Shown: positions 57,880-64,000 of the stretch, piece by piece
Position numbering within the stretch: position 1 is the first letter of the stretch
How the letters are laid out: each line of letters opens with the position of its first letter
Assembly: GCF_009914755.1 (NCBI RefSeq)
Contig: NC_060931.1
Source: the human T2T-CHM13v2.0 reference genome, Homo sapiens
Length of the DNA stretch: 64,000 nucleotides
Strand: one strand, 5' to 3'
Program-made: the position numbers and the translations under genes
The notes under the pieces: model-generated
Database searches by the model: none
The model's input: only the letters and a program-made list of their open reading frames with translations
Told to the model about the DNA's origin: nothing

Positions 57880-60351
57880 TAAGTCTTAGGCTTCAGTTTC
57901 AAGGTCCATCATTACAATTACTCTTGCGCATTCACCATAAATCCCTTGCTTCTCTCTGGCTTCTTTTTACTTGGTGTTGGCAAAGCCACAACCCTGGATA
58001 AATATAATCTATTTGCCTTTCCAAGCCTGCACTCATGCAACTGAATAGCTCTAGAGAAAACACACACTCATGCTGTCTTATCTCACTTTAAACTCATGGC
58101 CATAAACCTCAAGTGGGTTCTTGATGTGGCTAGGGCACTGTGCTATTCATCTTGTCTCCCTTCCTCCTCTGCTCACCTAGAAGACTCTTTCCCATCTTCT
58201 CCGCTTTGCTTCCCTGTTCTCATTCTCATATGATAAACTTTTATTTCACTGAGCAGACTGAAGCAATCAGACAAGAATTTATAGAAGCTCACATCCCATT
58301 TACCTCCCTACACCTGCATCCACACCCTGTGCCTTCTTGCCTGTTCCCGTATAAAGCATCTTCGCTTCTACGTAAAGTTAGGTGTTCCACTTGTTCACAA
58401 GATCTCATTTCTTTTTGCCTACTCAAGAATATTGCTCTAGCAATTCTTCCTTCTCTTCTTTAGGCATCACTCTCTCCTCTCTTTACTAGACTATTTCCAC
58501 CAGCATTTAAACACGCTGTTACTTTAAAAATCATAAACAAAATATTCTCTTCCCTCTACTTCCTCCATCAGCTAGTGTATGCATTTACTCTCTTTTGTAG
58601 CAAAATTTATGCTTTCCAATTTTTTTCTTCCCATTAATTCTTAAATGACTCTCACCAGGCTTCCATTTCCAGAGACTCCATCAAAATTGCCCTCAGTAAG
58701 GCCAATGACCTGCAATGACCTACACTTTGCCAATTTTACTTGTCAGTCTTCTGGCCTCTTCTCATTAGTAGCATTTTGTCCCTCTCTCTTCCTTGACACA
58801 TCTCATCCACTTGGCAAGTACTGGCTTGACCCTTAGCCCTGTGGCTGCTCCTTCTCAGTCTCCTCTGTTGCTATTTTCTCTTCTTGCCAGCCTCTTGATG
58901 TTGGAGAGTCCTAGAGCTCAGACTTTGGTCCTCTTCTTTGCTTACACACTGGCTTGGTGATTTCATTCAGATCCTTGGCTTTAAATAAGGTCTATGTGCT
59001 GATGACACTTAAATGTGCACCCCTATCTCAGAACTCTCTCTTAAATTCTCTGCTTGTCTAACTACCTACTCAGTGTTTCTACTTTGAGGTCTAATAAACA
59101 TCTCAAAACTCAGCTTGTGCGAAATCAGACTCTTGAGTTTTATGCGATGATTCCTTCTACGTATTCCACCTGTAGCCTTCCCAATCTTAGTTGATGGCAA
59201 GTTGATTCTTCCAGTCAATGTTGCAGTCATCTTGGGTTTTCTCTTTCTCTCACATCCTACATTCAATCCATCAGAAAATCTTCAAATTATATCCAGAATC
59301 CAAGTTTGTTTTTTTTTTTTAACCAATCCACTGTAATCACTGTCATTTGAGCCTTCATCATCTCTTACCTGTGTTACTGGAATGGCTTCATAAATAATCT
59401 CTCTTCTACTTTTTCTTGTTCTTCTACAAACTGTTTTCAACCCAGCAGCAGAGTGATCCTGTTAAATGCACGTCAGTTCAAGACAACTCCTTTCTTTAAA
59501 ACTCCACCTCATTCAGAGCAAAAGGCAAAGTCATAACATCCAACATGATCTGGCCCCTGTCATCTCTTTGCCTTCTTTCTTACTAGTCTTCCACTGTGTT
59601 GCTCTCCTGAGACACACTGGCAACCTCAAACTTACCCTGTTCTCTCCCACTAACAGGTTCTGCCTGGAATACTCTTCTGCCAGACATCTACTTGATTTAG
59701 CTGCATACCTCTTCCAAGTCTTGGCTCGTATCTAACTTGCTCAACAATTCTAGCCTGACCACTCTCTTTAATACTACAAACTGCACTGACTCCTACACTC
59801 CAGATGCCACTTACCCTGCTGGATTCTTCCTTTTTTTTTTTTTTTTTGAGACAATTTTGCTCTTGTCATCCAGATTGGAGTACAATGGCCCGATCTCGGC
59901 TCACTGCAACCACTGCCTTCCAGTTCTAATCGATTCTTCTGCCTCAGTCTCCTGAGTAGCTGGGATTGCAAACCCCCGCCACCACGCCCAGCTAATTTTT
60001 GTATTTTTAGTAGTGACAGGGTTTCACCATGTTGGCCAGGCTGGAGTCGAACTCTTGACCTCTGATGATCTGCCTGCTTCGGCCTCCCAAAGTGCTGGGA
60101 TTACAGGCGTGAGCCACTGTGCCCAGCCGATTATTCCTTTTTAGATAACACATATCAACTTCTTGCAAATGATATGCTTAACTCATTTATCAGGTTTATT
60201 GTTTATTGTATGTCCTCTCCCTCATCTCCAATGAAATTTCATAAGGGAAGGGATTTTTTGTTTTGTTCATTGATGTATCCCAAGCTCCTAGAACTCTGCC
60301 TGGGTTCATAGTAATAGTATGTGTTCAATAAATGTTGAACAAATGAATAAA
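57880..60351 (+). mobile_element. Long L2a relic interrupted by an Alu
   Basis: Pyrimidine-rich L2 ORF2-like sequence (ggcaaagccacaaccctgg, ctcactttaaactcatg, ttttatttcactgag, cagcagcagagtgatcctgttaaa) ending tcaataaatgttgaacaaatgaataaa. Confidence 0.8.
59831..60128 (-). mobile_element. AluSq-like Alu
   Basis: T17 tail; ttgctcttgtc and caatgg diagnostics. TSD gattcttccttttt / gattattccttttt (60129-60142). Confidence 0.95.
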
Positions 60352-62999
60352 GAGTGGTAGCTCTGTGGTCACCATCACCATATATATTAAAATGTATCCG
60401 AGTTCTTCTTTGCTTCTTTTCTGCCTTATGTGTACCTTTCAAAATGACACAGCCATAAATTCCAGATGGTTGTTGAGGTAGAAAATTATAGGCCTCCCAT
60501 TTCAGATGTAAAAATGTAAATAGTGTCTATTTTTAAAAATAAAGTATTAAATTTCCTTGGCCTTACACTTTTCGTTTTGATTCTAGCAAATTATCTTGTC
60601 TGAAAGCTTTGGAACTACAGAACTTCACCACGAGCAGTTCCAGTAAAGAAAGGAACTGTGCAAATTCAAGTGTAAAGGGTCATTTGTAAGAAATATTTTG
60701 GGTAAAGTTGGAGATTGAAAACATTCACAGGAATAAAATTCTGTTGTGGATTTGGTAATAATGAACTTGCCCTTGAAGGATTTCTGTAAAAAAATCCTTT
60801 GAGACAGCTGGACATTAAATTTTAGTGTATTGCCTACAGAATGTAGACTTCAGTTCCTAAAAGCTCCTCGTACTAATTGATGATCATAGATGAGAGTATC
60901 CATCCAAATTATTCATTGTAACTTTGGAAAATATATTATTGCACATTTCTTTAGAAGATACATGGTCTTACTGCTTTCTCCTTTGTGCATAAAGGTAAAT
61001 AAAGTGATGACTCTTATGTAGGAGAAATTTGTTTTGGACAAGTATAGGAATGTAGAAAATAAACTATAAACTCATTTTCTGTCTTTAGGTAAAATTAGTC
61101 CTTGATAGAGGAATTCTGTTAAAACGACGACAACAACAACAAAAAACTCAGGATAGTGGGTACTGGGAGACCCAGGTACTACTCCTAACCCAGCTTTTAT
61201 TTTGAGTTGTAATCTTTAGTGTAATAAGTCAGTTTAGCCCTCTGGGTCTGAGACAGTTTCTTTTTCTTTAATATTCTTTGAATTTATAATTTATGTCTTA
61301 GCTGTGTTTATGTTGTTTTGAAAAAAAGAAATCCAATTTTGATTAATTAACCTGTACAGCCAAGGAGATATTTCTTTTGACTGAATGTCAGTTATTATAT
61401 TCAATAAACTTTTCTTTATTGAGTGAAAAACAATGTCAGATTCTATCTTAAAACTTCCTTTGTTTACCTTTCAGAAAACTTTTGTGGGTACGTTTTGTCT
61501 GATTAAAGGTGTGAGTCGCATGGCTGTGACTCTTATCCTCAGCAACCTGAAGACAACTGATTTGTGTGGTTGACTTTGGAATCAACCACATGAATAATAT
61601 GGGTCCTGTGTTCCTTAGACATCAGTCACCTCTCTATCAATAAACTGGAGACGCTGGCTTGAAAATTGGATATCTGAAATCCTGTTGTGAAGAAGCTTCA
61701 TATTTCCTTTTGTATATCAAACTGTTAACTCTTTCTGTTATCTCTGTGGGAGCAGAGACCCCATTTTCACCAACGTGTGCCCTAAAACAGACACCATACT
61801 GAGTATTCAAAGCATATTTATTGAATGAATAATCGAATGAATAACAATGAAAGAATGAATTATTTGTTTCATAACATGGAGAGTGATTTAAGCCATGGGC
61901 ATTTGTGGAACTGGAAACATAAAGAACTCTAGGGAAAAAACATACCAATATGACAAGGATTCAATTTATTTCAAAGACGGGGTCTCAGTTATAAGCAAAG
62001 GGAAAAGACAGTCAACTTACTGGACAGGGACAGAGCAAGAGCAGTTCCAGGCAACCTTGGCTGAGTCATTGTCCTAGAGATCCACAATTTTACCTTGATT
62101 TGGGCAGAATACTTGAGATTCATTTGATAACAGGAATCTCTCTCTACCTCTCTCTCTCTCTTTCTCTGGTCATTTTTCTCTTTTGTGGTTGAAATTTTCA
62201 TTTGTATTTTCATATACTCTGGCATATTTATACTTGCAGATTTATATTTGTATTTTGTTCCTTAATTTTCATTTTCTTACAGATGATTTTCATAAACTTC
62301 AGTTATTTTCATTACATCTAAACAAATTACATCTGAACTAGTTTTTCCAATCTAACTTCACCTCTTGGAGAATTTACCAAAAACATCTTTGAAGGCTTTA
62401 TGTGTCTTTGGTTTCTCTTCCGCATTTTGCTAGTGGCTGGAACATAGAAGGGAGTCAGTAACCCCTTACAGAATTAGTACATTTCAGCATTTTGGGTTGG
62501 TCCTAGCTTCAAAAGAACTTTCAGTGATAACATGTGTACTTCAGAGCCATTCATTTAAAGTGTTCTTTGAAAAATGTTTTGTAAATAGTTTTTATAGAAA
62601 GTTAGAAAAATGAGTATGTAATATTCTCCTCAGTTTTTTAAACAACTCTCATTGATGGTGCTGCTAAACTTCAGAAGCCTAAAATATTTTTTAGCTATAT
62701 TAGTTTTATTATAATTCAGGTGATTTTATTGCCATTTATATTACTTTTCTTATTATATTTGTATAAGAAAGTAGAGAAAATTACTTTTATTTCATGGTTA
62801 TGAGTATGGCATTTTTTTCCATAATACTTCTCTACGCTTTTACTTTTTAATGTTAAATCTAACATTCCCTATCTGAACACATTTTCATAAGTATTATTGC
62901 TGATTGCAGTGTATTTTTATGGCTATTTAAAAGCATAGTTGATTAAACCTGTGTGTTTTTAATGAAATTTTGCAGCAAATGAAATACTTCATTTGTTTT

Positions 63000-63665
<666 letters not shown>

Positions 63666-63953
63666 GTCAGAGTGCCTATCAGGGAACCTGTTATGATAGC
63701 AGAACTGAAGGAAGGTCAGCACGATCTGAGCACAGAGAACAAAGAGGAGAGCAGTAAGACTGGAAAAGAAGGCAAGAGTCAAGCCATGTATGGACTTGAA
63801 GTTCACAGTAAGGACATTTATCCTAAGAACCAAGGGAAGCTATGATTTTCTGAGATTATCCTGGCTTTTGTTTAAAGAATGAATTGAAAAGGTGAGGGTT
63901 AGTCCAAATTAATTAGTTCCCAATAGTTAAAAGTGGGAGTTGCCTAGGTAGAA

Positions 63954-64000
63954 TTTTTTTTTTTTTTTTTTTTAAACAGGGTCTCGCTCTGTCACCCAGG
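63954..64000 (-). mobile_element. Alu (J-like) 3' end, cut by the window edge
   Basis: T20 followed by aaacagggtctcgctctgtcacccagg. Confidence 0.9.

Overview
This is primate genomic DNA, most likely human or another great ape. It is AT-rich and dominated by interspersed repeats. I found no recognisable host protein-coding exon and no CpG-island promoter. There are no rRNA, tRNA or CRISPR features. Every long ORF in the track is a decayed LINE-1 ORF1/ORF2/ORF0 fragment, or an Alu, LTR or minisatellite artefact. Main content: (1) a 5'-complete but inactive L1PA2/3 at 9437-14941 with a TSD, a ~515-bp ORF1 deletion and a broken ORF2; (2) a nested stack at ~18.1-33.3 kb in which an ERVL relic contains an old L1PA15/16-like L1, which contains an L1PA3 fragment and a near-full L1PA7, which contains an Alu; (3) 12 Alus; (4) many solo LTRs (THE1A/B/C, MLT1, MER4A1, LTR16-like); (5) DNA-transposon fossils (MER58A, MER81, MER5B, MER47A, MER2B, Tigger4a); (6) L2 and MIR relics, a Y3 RNA retropseudogene and two minisatellites. 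I cannot support a new biological system here. The observations most worth a second look are: a ~275-bp block present twice as circular permutations (46.3 and 47.5 kb); a 110-bp identical tract with a shared frameshift between two L1s of different subfamilies (probable gene conversion); two short L1 3' transductions; an L2-derived, GATA-rich 36-bp VNTR ending in a perfect foldback; a consensus CTCF site with an upstream motif inside an old L1 5'UTR; and a strong minus-strand bias of retroposed elements, suggesting a + strand host transcript. All repeat subfamily names come from remembered consensus sequences and need RepeatMasker/Dfam confirmation.
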